Shown: positions 50,508 through 60,098 of the stretch, piece by piece
Layout: every line of letters starts with the position of its first letter
How positions within the stretch are numbered: position 1 is the stretch's first letter
Program-made: the position numbers and the translations under genes
Assembly (NCBI GenBank): GCA_965222155.1
Contig: CBDCTH010000012.1
Location: 992,001 to 1,056,000, forward strand
DNA: 64,000 nucleotides
Reading direction: 5' to 3'
Origin: Gammaproteobacteria bacterium
GTDB taxonomy: Bacteria > Pseudomonadota > Gammaproteobacteria > Eutrophobiales > Eutrophobiaceae
The notes under the pieces: model-generated
The model's input: the letters and a program-made list of their open reading frames with translations, nothing else
The model's database searches: none
What the model was told of the DNA's origin: nothing

Positions 50508-52832
50508 TTATTCAGGCGTAACGAATACCGGACTCGACCAGGCTGTCGCCCCATCTTCCTGTAACACGCGCACCCAGTATGCCGTTGTTTTACTTTGCAG
50601 TTGCTCATCCGTCCAGGTAAACGTGACTCTTGCAGGATAATCACTTCCCGTTTTTCTGACAACGATCTCCCGGTCAACGCCGCCGGCGTCATAGACCAGG
50701 TCCCGTTCGCTTATTTCCGTTAACGGTATCTCCAGGTTGACGGCATTTTTTTTCTTGCCGCCAGCGCCGAATTGACTTCTTGCGTTAATCGCTGCATCAA
50801 AATATAGCGTTCCATCACCCATGGAATCCAGGTCAAGGATCACGCCATCTTCGTCTCCTGCCGTAAAGGTATTGAAACTGATTGTATCGTCACTTTCCTG
50901 CATGAGTAATTCGGAGGGATAATCGAGCCGGTATCGTGTGATCTTCTTGATACCAGTTCCGTCAACCTGTATTCTCCCTCGCCAGATGGTCTGTCTTGCC
51001 CTTTCCCTTGAGGCCGCGCCACGCCAGATGATTTTAATCCTGTCCTTGTTTTTTCCAGCTTTCGGTCTGTGGGTATACGCGACCTCCGTACCGCGAAAAA
51101 TCTCTATGCGCTCGATACCTGCCGTGCCGCTGGCTTCCACGGTAAAAACGGGAGGTTCTGTCCCATGAATCTCTTCCCCGAGCCAGTGATCGCCGGTTTT
51201 AAATCGCAACTGCATACGTTCGCCGGTCGTGCCGTAGACGCGCCGGGCCTTGAATGCCCGCCACAGGTCTTGCCGGTTCAGGGCCTCTGCATAAACGCAC
51301 GTTATGCCGCCATGTACTGCAAACAGTCTGACACCGGGGATAGAGTCGCCCGGTTTTCCATAGACATCATCACTGCTGGCAGTAAACCCGACTTTTAATC
51401 CACGTGTTAATGCTTCTTCAAGAAACCATTCAAACTGACCATGGTCGGAATAGATCTCGATGAACGGCATCATGTCAGGATCATAAAAATCAAGATTGGC
51501 CCGGCGCCCGCCGATGTGCGGCATAAGAAATACATTATCCGGTATGAGCGACTTGATTAATGAGTCGACCGTATAGCGGTCCGTCTGGTGATCGTAGCCC
51601 CGCAGGTCTTCTTCCACATAAGCACTGCGGTACAGCGGCTGGTTTTCCGTCAGATAGATGACATTATGGTCCCCGCCCCGTCCTGTGGTCCCCGACCATT
51701 CATAACCGGGAAATACGACAAAGCGGCCGGGTTGATTGAACTCCTTGCTGGTTTTCTGGATACCATCCCAGGTTGCGCCGGTGATGTGGAAATCATTGAC
51801 GGCCCAGGACATGAAGTCGATCCCTGCAAAGCCGCGGGCATAGGAGGCATATTGATTGAGGTTGGACGAACCGCGAATATGCTGGCCATGCAAATCACCG
51901 CAATAGGGCCGGAGGCCGCCGTCTTTTTTAACTGTCATTACGTTGGTTCGGGTAGCCAGCTTGCTATTTCCGGTGTCTGAAATTCCGATTACATATTCAC
52001 CGGTTTCCGGAACGATGATATCTTCAAAGCGGTGATATCCCTTGTCATTTTCCGTAAAGCTATAAGTGGCCGGGAGGTTTCTGAATCCCGGGGCGGTAAT
52101 CCGGATGGTTCCGTTGTACGATTTCGCCGGATTGCCCCACTTATCCTTGGCTTTTACCAGCAACCAGGTTTGTTTCCCGGCGGTGGCTTCAGATGGCCAC
52201 AGGGCCTGTAACCTGACGGTTTCTCCACCGACGATATTGGTACTGGGAGAATCGTCCACCCGAACAGGATTGACCGCGTTCAGCGGATCCACCATAAAAC
52301 GGAACTCATGAGCAAGGTGTGAAGTGACAGTAGGCGCACGTATGCCGGGGCCACCGCCACTTCGATCGCCGAGCGTGATAAAAACTTTATTTCCCTCTAT
52401 CAGGTTCCCTTCCCGGACAGTGATTACAATTCCGCCCCAGTAGGGTCTGGGGCCTGCGTGGCGTGAATTTCTATGGGCAAAGACCCTGGCATTCCCATTC
52501 GTGCGTACAGACACATACCCGGCGGCCCCGGGATCATCGAATTGAAACGAACCCCAGTCCGCTACAGCATTAAACAGCAGGAAGATACGTCCGCCGTCAT
52601 CCACGCCGAGGCGTCCGATATGATAAACAAGCTCCCAGGTGCCCCATTCCCCGGCCTCGATATTTTCCTGTACCGGCAGGCTGCCATATCCGTACAGGTC
52701 CCGATTAAGTTCCTTTCCCTGTGGACCCAGGTCGAGTTCAAACTCTTCAGTCGTCGAATTTCCCGGGATGATTTCTGCATGCAGCAAAGCGGGCAGGGCG
52801 ACCAATAAAGTCAACAAGATTTTAACTGGCAT
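50508..52832 (-). CDS. DUF3604-like exported PHP-fold metallohydrolase
   Basis: Signal peptide MPVKILLTLL; GDLHGQH, PGYEWSG...GGDHNV, PHIGG, SSDD, RRVYGTTG, AWSSPVF. Confidence 0.75.
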   Translation of the reverse strand: MPVKILLTLLVALPALLHAEIIPGNSTTEEFELDLGPQGKELNRDLYGYGSLPVQENIEAGEWGTWELVYHIGRLGVDDGGRIFLLFNAVADWGSFQFDDPGAAGYVSVRTNGNARVFAHRNSRHAGPRPYWGGIVITVREGNLIEGNKVFITLGDRSGGGPGIRAPTVTSHLAHEFRFMVDPLNAVNPVRVDDSPSTNIVGGETVRLQALWPSEATAGKQTWLLVKAKDKWGNPAKSYNGTIRITAPGFRNLPATYSFTENDKGYHRFEDIIVPETGEYVIGISDTGNSKLATRTNVMTVKKDGGLRPYCGDLHGQHIRGSSNLNQYASYARGFAGIDFMSWAVNDFHITGATWDGIQKTSKEFNQPGRFVVFPGYEWSGTTGRGGDHNVIYLTENQPLYRSAYVEEDLRGYDHQTDRYTVDSLIKSLIPDNVFLMPHIGGRRANLDFYDPDMMPFIEIYSDHGQFEWFLEEALTRGLKVGFTASSDDVYGKPGDSIPGVRLFAVHGGITCVYAEALNRQDLWRAFKARRVYGTTGERMQLRFKTGDHWLGEEIHGTEPPVFTVEASGTAGIERIEIFRGTEVAYTHRPKAGKNKDRIKIIWRGAASRERARQTIWRGRIQVDGTGIKKITRYRLDYPSELLMQESDDTISFNTFTAGDEDGVILDLDSMGDGTLYFDAAINARSQFGAGGKKKNAVNLEIPLTEISERDLVYDAGGVDREIVVRKTGSDYPARVTFTWTDEQLQSKTTAYWVRVLQEDGATAWSSPVFVTPE

Positions 52833-52992
52833 AATCCGGCCTACGCTGGTTGAGGAGGAACGATACATTCTACCCGTATAGGTTGTATCCAGCACAACAA
52901 TCAAATACAAATCTGGTTTCCGGTTTTGTGAGGGAATACAAATCAGCCTGGACTGTTGTAAACTCCAACTCCCGACCATATCAGGATCACTG

Positions 52993-53709
52993 ATGAACAT
53001 GAAGAGTGACTATCGACGTATGTATCCGGACCTGCCGGAACCGGTCTATGAACCGTTGAAATTTACCCGTTACCCGGAACAGGAAATGATCCGGAGGGCG
53101 AAGGACTGGTACGAGGAATGCGATAGACGCCGTACCACCCGGCATTTTTCCACTGAACCCGTTCCTGAAATCTTAATCGAATATGCTATCAGGACTGCGA
53201 ACACCGCGCCGTCCGGCGCGCATAACCAGCCCTGGAAGTACGTTGCGATTGATGATCCCGGGTTGAAGTCGCAAATTCGCAAGGCGACTGAAGAGGAGGA
53301 ATACCAGACCTATACGGAGCGCATGAGTGATGAGTGGCGCCTGGCACTGGCGCAACTGGGTACGGACTGGATTAAAGAGCACATTACCGATGCGCCCTGG
53401 GTCGTGGTGCTGTTCAAGGAACGTTATCGCGTCGACAGCGAAGGCAGGAAATCCAGGAATTATTATGTCGAAGAAAGCGTCGGCATCAGCGCCGGCCTGT
53501 TCATTTCTGCGGTGCATCACATGGGCCTGACCACCCTGACACACACGCCCAACCCCATGGGCTTTCTCAGCGAGTTGCTGGGCCGCCCGGCAAATGAAAC
53601 TGCGGTATTGTTGCTGCCCGTAGGTTACCCGGCAAAGGACGCCAGGGTGCCGAAATTGAAACGCAAAACACTGGAAGAGGTTATTCAATGGAATAGAGGT
53701 CGGGATTGA
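52993..53709 (+). CDS. Iodotyrosine deiodinase-type nitroreductase
   Basis: RRTTRHFS, TAPSGAHNQPW, EEEEYQTY..RM..EW...LGTDWIKEH, YYVEESVGI, LTHTP. Confidence 0.88.
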   Translation: MNMKSDYRRMYPDLPEPVYEPLKFTRYPEQEMIRRAKDWYEECDRRRTTRHFSTEPVPEILIEYAIRTANTAPSGAHNQPWKYVAIDDPGLKSQIRKATEEEEYQTYTERMSDEWRLALAQLGTDWIKEHITDAPWVVVLFKERYRVDSEGRKSRNYYVEESVGISAGLFISAVHHMGLTTLTHTPNPMGFLSELLGRPANETAVLLLPVGYPAKDARVPKLKRKTLEEVIQWNRGRD

Positions 53710-53810
53710 TTTTGCCCGAACACCAGGCTGAACGTGTTTATTTTCTATATAAGTAGAAAATAACCGTGAGTATTTTTGACTATAGGTGAAAATCACAGTA
53801 AAGTTACCTG

Positions 53811-54929
53811 ATGAGTACGACCCCACGCTATTTGACCGGACAGATAAAACAGGACCTCGAAAAAAAGATGGTGTTCGTGGCCGGTCCTCGTCAGGTAGGT
53901 AAAACCACCTTATCCCAGGGTTTGCCGGGGGCTGACACAGGTTATCTTAACTGGGATGTCGCTGAACACCGCGAACGGATACTTAAACGAGAATTACCAG
54001 TATCAAACTTATGGATCTTCGACGAAATCCATAAATATAGACAGTGGCGCAATTATTTAAAGGGTCTTTATGACAAGCGTCGTTCCGGGCAACAGATACT
54101 GGTGACGGGAAGCGGTCATCTTGATTATTACCGCTTTAGCGGAGATTCCCTGCAGGGGCGATACCATCTGTTACGGTTACATCCCTTTACTGTTTCAGAG
54201 TTGGGATTTGAATCAAACCAGCAGCTATTGGAATTATCATCTCTGGGTGGCTTTCCTGAACCGTTCCTGCGCGGCAGTAAGACTGAAGCGCGACGCTGGT
54301 CTCGTGAAAATCGTACACGTCTGATTAGTGAAGAGGTCGTATCACTTGAGCGGGTGCAGGATCTGGGACAACTGGAACTATTGATGTTGCGTTTACCCGA
54401 ACTGGTGGGTTCGCCCTTATCCATCAATGCCATTCGTGAAGATTTGCAAGTCAGCCATAAAACTGCATCATCATGGCTGGATATTATGGAAAGGCTTTAC
54501 GCCATTTTTCGGTTAGCCCCCATTGGCAGTCCAAAAATCAGGGCAGTGAAAAAAGAACGTAAACATTATCATTTTGACTGGTCAGTAATTGAAGACGATG
54601 CCGCCCGATTTGAGAACCTTGTCGCGTGTCATTTACTGAAATGGGTACACTACCAGCAGGACGTCGAAGGGCTTGATTACGATCTGAATTATTTCAGGGA
54701 TACGGATGGTCGTGAGGTTGACTTTGTTGTCACTGAGCGTCGTCAGCCCATAATGCTCATTGAATGTAAATGGATGGACAGAGATATAGACCGCAGCCTC
54801 CGTTACCTGAAAGTGAAATTCCCTGAAGCACAAGCCTGGCAGTTATCCGCGCTGGGAAAGAAAGATTATATCAGTGACACCGGCGTACGTGTGTCTCCTG
54901 GCGTCAGATTTCTGAAAAACCTTGTATAG
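53811..54929 (+). CDS. AAA+ ATPase with DUF4143 domain
   Basis: GPRQVGKTT, FDEIHK, VTGSG, GGFPEPF, EVDFV...IECK. Confidence 0.88.
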   Translation: MSTTPRYLTGQIKQDLEKKMVFVAGPRQVGKTTLSQGLPGADTGYLNWDVAEHRERILKRELPVSNLWIFDEIHKYRQWRNYLKGLYDKRRSGQQILVTGSGHLDYYRFSGDSLQGRYHLLRLHPFTVSELGFESNQQLLELSSLGGFPEPFLRGSKTEARRWSRENRTRLISEEVVSLERVQDLGQLELLMLRLPELVGSPLSINAIREDLQVSHKTASSWLDIMERLYAIFRLAPIGSPKIRAVKKERKHYHFDWSVIEDDAARFENLVACHLLKWVHYQQDVEGLDYDLNYFRDTDGREVDFVVTERRQPIMLIECKWMDRDIDRSLRYLKVKFPEAQAWQLSALGKKDYISDTGVRVSPGVRFLKNLV

Positions 54930-55222
54930 TTGTTGTTACAGCTGATGATGATCCAGGGCTGAAGTCGCAGATCCGCAAGGCGAGCGTATTTCCAGAATAG
55001 TCGCTGAAAGAAGCTTTGCCCTCAAATACCGGCAGTAGCCAACTAGATGCCTCCCCCTTGGTTGCTATCTTTAGCAAATTCGTTTGGTATAGTGCGGTTC
55101 ATGTTTCCTGACAAACTTGGAATAACTGACCCGGAGGATCGAATTAATACGGTTGGACTTTCTCTCTTTCATCGCAGCCTTGGGCTTATCCCAAGGAATA
55201 CAGGGAGGATAAAGAACGTAGT

Positions 55223-55360
55223 TGGAGTGAATTACAGGAGGAGTTGTTGACGTTTTCGACCGATAGCAAACAAATGCTTGCGTACGAAAGTGGACACTAT
55301 GTACAACTTGACCAACCCGGAATCATAGTTGAAGCGATTAGAGGGTTACATAAAGATTAA
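55223..55360 (+). pseudogene. Alpha/beta hydrolase C-terminal scrap
   Basis: WSELQEELLTFSTDSKQMLAYESGHYVQLDQPGIIVEAIR; 5' boundary approximate. Confidence 0.6.
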
Positions 55361-55417
55361 GAATAATTATCATAAGGGTCAGAGTAATAATCCAGTGAAA
55401 CAAGTGAGTAAATAAAC

Positions 55418-55885
55418 ATGAGTAAAACAAACAATATATTGATCATAATTATGGTTATTCTCAGCACTATGGCCGCACCATTACTTGCTGATGAACCAGG
55501 TTCTGCAGAGTTTCTCAATTCGGGAAAAGTATTTCCCACCACTGTCCCTCTCTCAGAAGCAGTTCAAGTAGGCGACACACTTTACTTGTCCGGACAGGTT
55601 GGCATTGTCCCCGGCACGATGATCCTCGCGACGGGTGGACTGGAAGGAGAGACTCGACAAACAATGGAGAATATTAAAACAAGTCTGCAGGCACACGGCT
55701 ATTCCATGAACGATCTCGTCAAGTGCCTGGTCATGCTGGCGGATATATCCCAATGGGCAACGTTCAATGACATCTACAAAACTTATTTTGATGAACACTA
55801 TCCAGCCAGAAGTGCGTTCGGCGCTAACGGACTCGCTATTGGCGCACAAGTAGAAATCGAATGTATCGCCACTCGAAAACAATAA
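55418..55885 (+). CDS. RidA-family protein with signal peptide
   Basis: PLSEAVQVGDTLYLSGQVG...FNDIY...YPARSA...VEIECIA. Confidence 0.9.
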   Translation: MSKTNNILIIIMVILSTMAAPLLADEPGSAEFLNSGKVFPTTVPLSEAVQVGDTLYLSGQVGIVPGTMILATGGLEGETRQTMENIKTSLQAHGYSMNDLVKCLVMLADISQWATFNDIYKTYFDEHYPARSAFGANGLAIGAQVEIECIATRKQ

Positions 55886-55955
55886 TATAAAGGGTCTGAC
55901 ACCTTTTATTGCAGACCCCATTGTATTCTGATCTTTTATCACCGAGGAAATCGAA

Positions 55956-56489
55956 ATGAAATTCTTGAAGCCCAATTATCCTGTCGGACTTTTCATGTTT
56001 TTCGTAGTACTCGTTGTTTGCCCCGCCTTCGCAGATGAAGATCCGATGTCGCCGATGTACGACATGGAGCGGTCGGAGCCGAGAATGGATTTATCGGCCC
56101 GGCCATTGGCCGGTAAAGTCATACGGTACGGTTATCACACCTTTTGGGAGGTAAACAAGGACAAAGGCGTGCAGGGCGCGCCGGCGGCAATGGTGCACGA
56201 CTTATTCTTTTATGAAGATGGCGAGTGCGAATGGTTTGCACACGATATTTTCGCCGGTGAGCATGCGCGACAACGCTGCGGTACGGTTAAGATTGCAGAG
56301 AATATATATCAGGTCAGTTGGCTCGAGCCTGAGAGCAAACAGGTCGTCACTCAGGTTATTAACCTGAATACCTGGACGATAAATTCCAGCTTTCATTTCA
56401 ACAGCGGCAAAGGTCTGGCGCTTTGGCAGGGAGAGATATTCTCGTTTGGCGACATTCCTGACCCGCCTATGGCCGTACCGGTGAAATAG
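55956..56489 (+). CDS. Exported MoaF/phenolic-acid-decarboxylase-like beta-barrel protein
   Basis: Signal peptide; KIAENIYQVSWLEP...VTQVINL. Confidence 0.55.
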   Translation: MKFLKPNYPVGLFMFFVVLVVCPAFADEDPMSPMYDMERSEPRMDLSARPLAGKVIRYGYHTFWEVNKDKGVQGAPAAMVHDLFFYEDGECEWFAHDIFAGEHARQRCGTVKIAENIYQVSWLEPESKQVVTQVINLNTWTINSSFHFNSGKGLALWQGEIFSFGDIPDPPMAVPVK

Positions 56490-56518
56490 CTTCGCTTAGC
56501 CTTTGCCGGCGATCCCAA

Positions 56519-56701
56519 ATGACTATGCAAAGCAAGCCGATTAATCAGATTAACCGTCGTGAATTCATCAGCGGAGTAAGTGCAAGCGCCCTGGCACTCA
56601 ATACGGGGGCACTGACGTTCGGGTTTGAAAGTTCTGCCCATGCGGAGCCGACCGGCACGCGGAATTTTAAACAACATGTTACATTGAGTTTAAAATCATG
56701 A
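56519..56701 (+). pseudogene. Isolated Tat signal peptide, remainder of gene lost
   Basis: INRREFISGVSASALAL...AHA then stop at 60 aa. Confidence 0.5.
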
Positions 56702-56722
56702 CTTTTGATATGGTTAGAAACA

Positions 56723-57769
56723 ATGAATACAAACACGCTCATTACAAAACTGCAGGATGATATCCTCATCTGCGCTGAAGGCTATGTCTTCGAACTGGAA
56801 CGGCGAGGCTATGTAAAATCTGGCCCTTACGTCCCGGAAGTTGTGCTCGATTTTCCCGAGGCAGTCAAGGAATTGCACCGGGAATTCGTTCGCGCAGGTT
56901 CGGATGTGGTGCTTGCGCTGACGTACTATGCACACAGGGATAAAATGAAGGTAGTGGGACGTGAACTTGACGCTGAGAAGTTAAATCGCCAGGCCGTCAG
57001 GTTGGCCAGGGAGGTGGCCCGGGAGTCAGGCAAGCTGGTCGCCGCGAATATCTGCAATACCTGGGTCTATGACCCCGGCAATCCGCTGGAGACCGGCAAG
57101 CAGGTTCGCGCCATGTATGAGGAACAGCTTTCCTGGGCGGTGGATGAGGGTGTTGATTACGTCGTGGCTGAAACCTTCGACTGGTTTGCGGAGGCGGATA
57201 TCGCACTCGATATGATCAAGAGTTTCAACCTGCCTGCCGTGATTACCTTTACGGCCGTGACACCGACCACGGCGGACGGTTATGCATTTGAAGATGCCTG
57301 CAGGATCTTAAGTGAAAAGGGTGCCGACGTGGTGGGATTGAATTGCGGACGGGGGCCTGCCACCTTGCTGCCGGTATTGGCAAAGGTCGTGGAAAGCGTC
57401 GAGTGTCCCGTTGCGGCGCTTCCTGTTGCCTACCGGACTGATGCGGTTCACCTGAGTTTTATCGACCTGAAACAGGAGGGCAGGGAAGCAGGATTCCCGG
57501 CAGAACTGGACCCGTTTGTATTGACCCGTTCTGAGATGGCGGAGTTTGCCCTGGCCGCTAAAGACCTGGGCGTGCGCTATATCGGCGTCTGCTGTGGCGG
57601 CGCCCCGCACCATGTCCGGGCCATGGCCGAGGCACTGGGTAAGATAGTCCCTGCAAGCCGGTACTCGCCGGATATTGCCAAGCATGCGGTTCTGGGGTCG
57701 GAGGACGTGGTCAGGGATTACCGCACCAGGTACCTCAAGGAGCATCACGAAGCTCTTTTCTCTGATTGA
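56723..57769 (+). CDS. Homocysteine S-methyltransferase family, betaine-homocysteine methyltransferase-like
   Basis: GYVFELERRGYVKSGPYVPEVV...LHREFVRAGSDV; zinc ligands GLNC and GVCCG. Confidence 0.88.
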   Translation: MNTNTLITKLQDDILICAEGYVFELERRGYVKSGPYVPEVVLDFPEAVKELHREFVRAGSDVVLALTYYAHRDKMKVVGRELDAEKLNRQAVRLAREVARESGKLVAANICNTWVYDPGNPLETGKQVRAMYEEQLSWAVDEGVDYVVAETFDWFAEADIALDMIKSFNLPAVITFTAVTPTTADGYAFEDACRILSEKGADVVGLNCGRGPATLLPVLAKVVESVECPVAALPVAYRTDAVHLSFIDLKQEGREAGFPAELDPFVLTRSEMAEFALAAKDLGVRYIGVCCGGAPHHVRAMAEALGKIVPASRYSPDIAKHAVLGSEDVVRDYRTRYLKEHHEALFSD

Positions 57770-57816
57770 AGAAATAAAGTCAACCAGCAGGGAGCATCAT
57801 TAACCTGGTCTCTATC

Positions 57817-58956
57817 ATGACGGCAAGCAATCAGCGTATACCGATAAAACTCCTGCTCGGCATCGGCTTCGGCATGTTCCTGGGAGTGCTGAGCGCCAAT
57901 TCCATACCGGTCATGATCGGTTCACTGCTCGATGGCCTGGCCATTACCGAAGCTGAAGTCGGGGTGTTGGGAACGGTTGAATTGCTTGCCGTGGCGGTCG
58001 CGGCCCTGGCCGCTACGCCGCTGGCCGGAAAAGTATCCAACAGCAGACTGGCCGTATTCGGCTGCCTGCTCGCGGTGGCGGCGCAGTTTCTCAGCGCGGC
58101 CGTCGACAGTTTGTACCTGCTGGCCGGTATGAGAGCCATCGCCGGCGCCGGTCTCGGCCTGGCTTATGCGGCTGCAGCCATGGCCGCCGCGGCAACCGCG
58201 AACCCCGACCGGGTGCTGGGTTACGGGGTTACCGCCGGCTTGCTGGCGCTAGTCATCTTCCTTCCCTGCCTGGCCATGGTGGTTACGGCTACCGGCTATA
58301 AGGGCGCGTATGTTGCCCTGGGTCTGCTGGTCATTGTCCTGATACCTGTGATGAGATGGCTGGGCCGGGGAAAAACGATTGCAGCGGAATCGGGCAAAGC
58401 ACCGGCCTTGCCGGTGCGCTCCCTGGTTGGCCTGCTGTTATGCATTACCTTTTTCAATATAGGCTCCGGCGCCATCTGGAGCTTTTCCGAGCGCGTCGGT
58501 CTACAGGCGGGTTTTTCTGTCGAGGAGTCAGGTTTTATCATTGCAACCGGCGCCGTCAGTGGGGTGCTGGGGGCTCTGTTGGCCGGGTGGCTGGGCGACA
58601 GGTGGGGTCGCAGGCGGCCCGTTATACTCGCCCTGGTCCTGGCGGGACTGGGGTATATGATCCTGGCGGGCGCGACGAACAGCGCGAGCTATATCTCCGG
58701 TGTCAATCTTTACTGGGTGACGTACATGTTCCTGTTGCCCCTGATGATCGGCACCGGCGCAGTCATGGACGCCGGCGGCCGCGCCGCCACACTGGCCGCC
58801 GGCGCCATCTCGCTGACCTTTGCGTTCGGGCCGGCCTGCGGCGGTTTTATTGCGACCTGGTTCTCCTATGCTGCGATTGGCTGGTTTTCCTGTGCCTTGT
58901 GCCTGTTGGCCGCGTTGGCATTTTTATTGGTCCAACCGGCTGATAATCCTGGATAA
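57817..58956 (+). CDS. MFS transporter
   Basis: About 12 TM helices; RAIAGAGLG; GWLGDRWGRR. Confidence 0.88.
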   Translation: MTASNQRIPIKLLLGIGFGMFLGVLSANSIPVMIGSLLDGLAITEAEVGVLGTVELLAVAVAALAATPLAGKVSNSRLAVFGCLLAVAAQFLSAAVDSLYLLAGMRAIAGAGLGLAYAAAAMAAAATANPDRVLGYGVTAGLLALVIFLPCLAMVVTATGYKGAYVALGLLVIVLIPVMRWLGRGKTIAAESGKAPALPVRSLVGLLLCITFFNIGSGAIWSFSERVGLQAGFSVEESGFIIATGAVSGVLGALLAGWLGDRWGRRRPVILALVLAGLGYMILAGATNSASYISGVNLYWVTYMFLLPLMIGTGAVMDAGGRAATLAAGAISLTFAFGPACGGFIATWFSYAAIGWFSCALCLLAALAFLLVQPADNPG

Positions 58957-59014
58957 AGCATTCATCATGGCAGGTTTCCCGGCCGTGTTTCTATCCTTTG
59001 CGACAGAATTCGGT

Positions 59015-59183
59015 TCATTCCTTTATATGGTTATAAATACTGTATTTCAGGAAGAAGTCTGCTTCCCCGTAATCAGGGTAGAGTGAGATCATTTTTTCCA
59101 TGGCTTCTTCCCGGGTCTGCGCCGGCTGGAGAATGCAGGTGTAGTCATCAATGTAGCCGATCATGGCGTCAAACATGCTCATA
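59015..59183 (-). pseudogene. C-terminal scrap, possibly metallo-beta-lactamase fold
   Basis: MSMFDAMIGYIDDY...TREEAMEKMISLYPDYGEADFFLKYS. Confidence 0.4.
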
Positions 59184-59194
59184 TCTCCCGGTTC

Positions 59195-59623
59195 TTACAC
59201 TGTGCGACTAACAATGTTAACCAGCGAGCGAACAAGTGTTTTAGTGACATTTGAAAATAGTTTGGGGGGTAAAACACCGTAGCTGTATTTTTTATCACCT
59301 TGCCTGGTAATCGGCCTGATATCCGGTCCGGGCCAGACAAAGCGATTCACTTCCGTGCAGATAATCCATGAACAATCACTGTCCAGATTTAAGTATTCTT
59401 TTACTTTCAGCGGTATTTCCACCGCCATATCAGGATTCTCCGGTTGGCCATGAGTAATCGCTGCAACGGTGACTACCGTATCGTTCCCCTTTATTTTCCT
59501 GGATAAAACAACGGCACAAGGCCTGTCTTTTACCCCTTCTTCTTGCCCTGCCTTATAATCCTTACGCCAGAGATAAGAATAATTGATAACAAGACCCGGA
59601 AACGGCTCTGGGATCTGTGTCAT
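59195..59623 (-). CDS. PemK-like toxin
   Basis: YSYLW...GQEEGVKDRPCAVV...ITH...SWIICTEVNRFVWPGPD. Confidence 0.78.
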   Translation of the reverse strand: MTQIPEPFPGLVINYSYLWRKDYKAGQEEGVKDRPCAVVLSRKIKGNDTVVTVAAITHGQPENPDMAVEIPLKVKEYLNLDSDCSWIICTEVNRFVWPGPDIRPITRQGDKKYSYGVLPPKLFSNVTKTLVRSLVNIVSRTV

Positions 59624-59638
59624 GTAGCGGTGTTCTTA

Positions 59639-59899
59639 TTATTCTTCGTTGAGTAACTCATTCAGGTAGGCGTATTCTTCCGGTACATTTGCCGCAGCAA
59701 TATCACGAATATCTTCTTCACTTAATTCATCGATACCCAATACCTGTCTGTCCCGGCGTTTGAGACGTTGGTACTCTTCGGTCGATAGCAGGATATATTT
59801 TTCCCGTCCATTACGGGTAATAGAGACCGGCTCTTTTAAAGCCAACTCTTGAATATCGCCGATATGACGCTGTAGTTCAGAAATCGTTACACTTGTCAT
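59639..59899 (-). CDS. Phd/YefM antitoxin
   Basis: SELQRHIG...EPVSITRNGREKYILLSTEEYQRL. Confidence 0.85.
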   Translation of the reverse strand: MTSVTISELQRHIGDIQELALKEPVSITRNGREKYILLSTEEYQRLKRRDRQVLGIDELSEEDIRDIAAANVPEEYAYLNELLNEE

Positions 59900-60098
59900 C
59901 TGAATAACCTGTAGTTTATATATATCATATATATTATGTAGAGTATGTCAAAATAGCAATACTGACTTCAGCAATTCTTGCTAACGCCTGCCAGCTATTT
60001 GATACCGGGTTCGACAAGCGGATCATTTAAATAGCCTGGTTGATTACTGTCTGACGACCTGGCGTTGAACCCGGCAAACTGGTATTACTGACCCTGCA

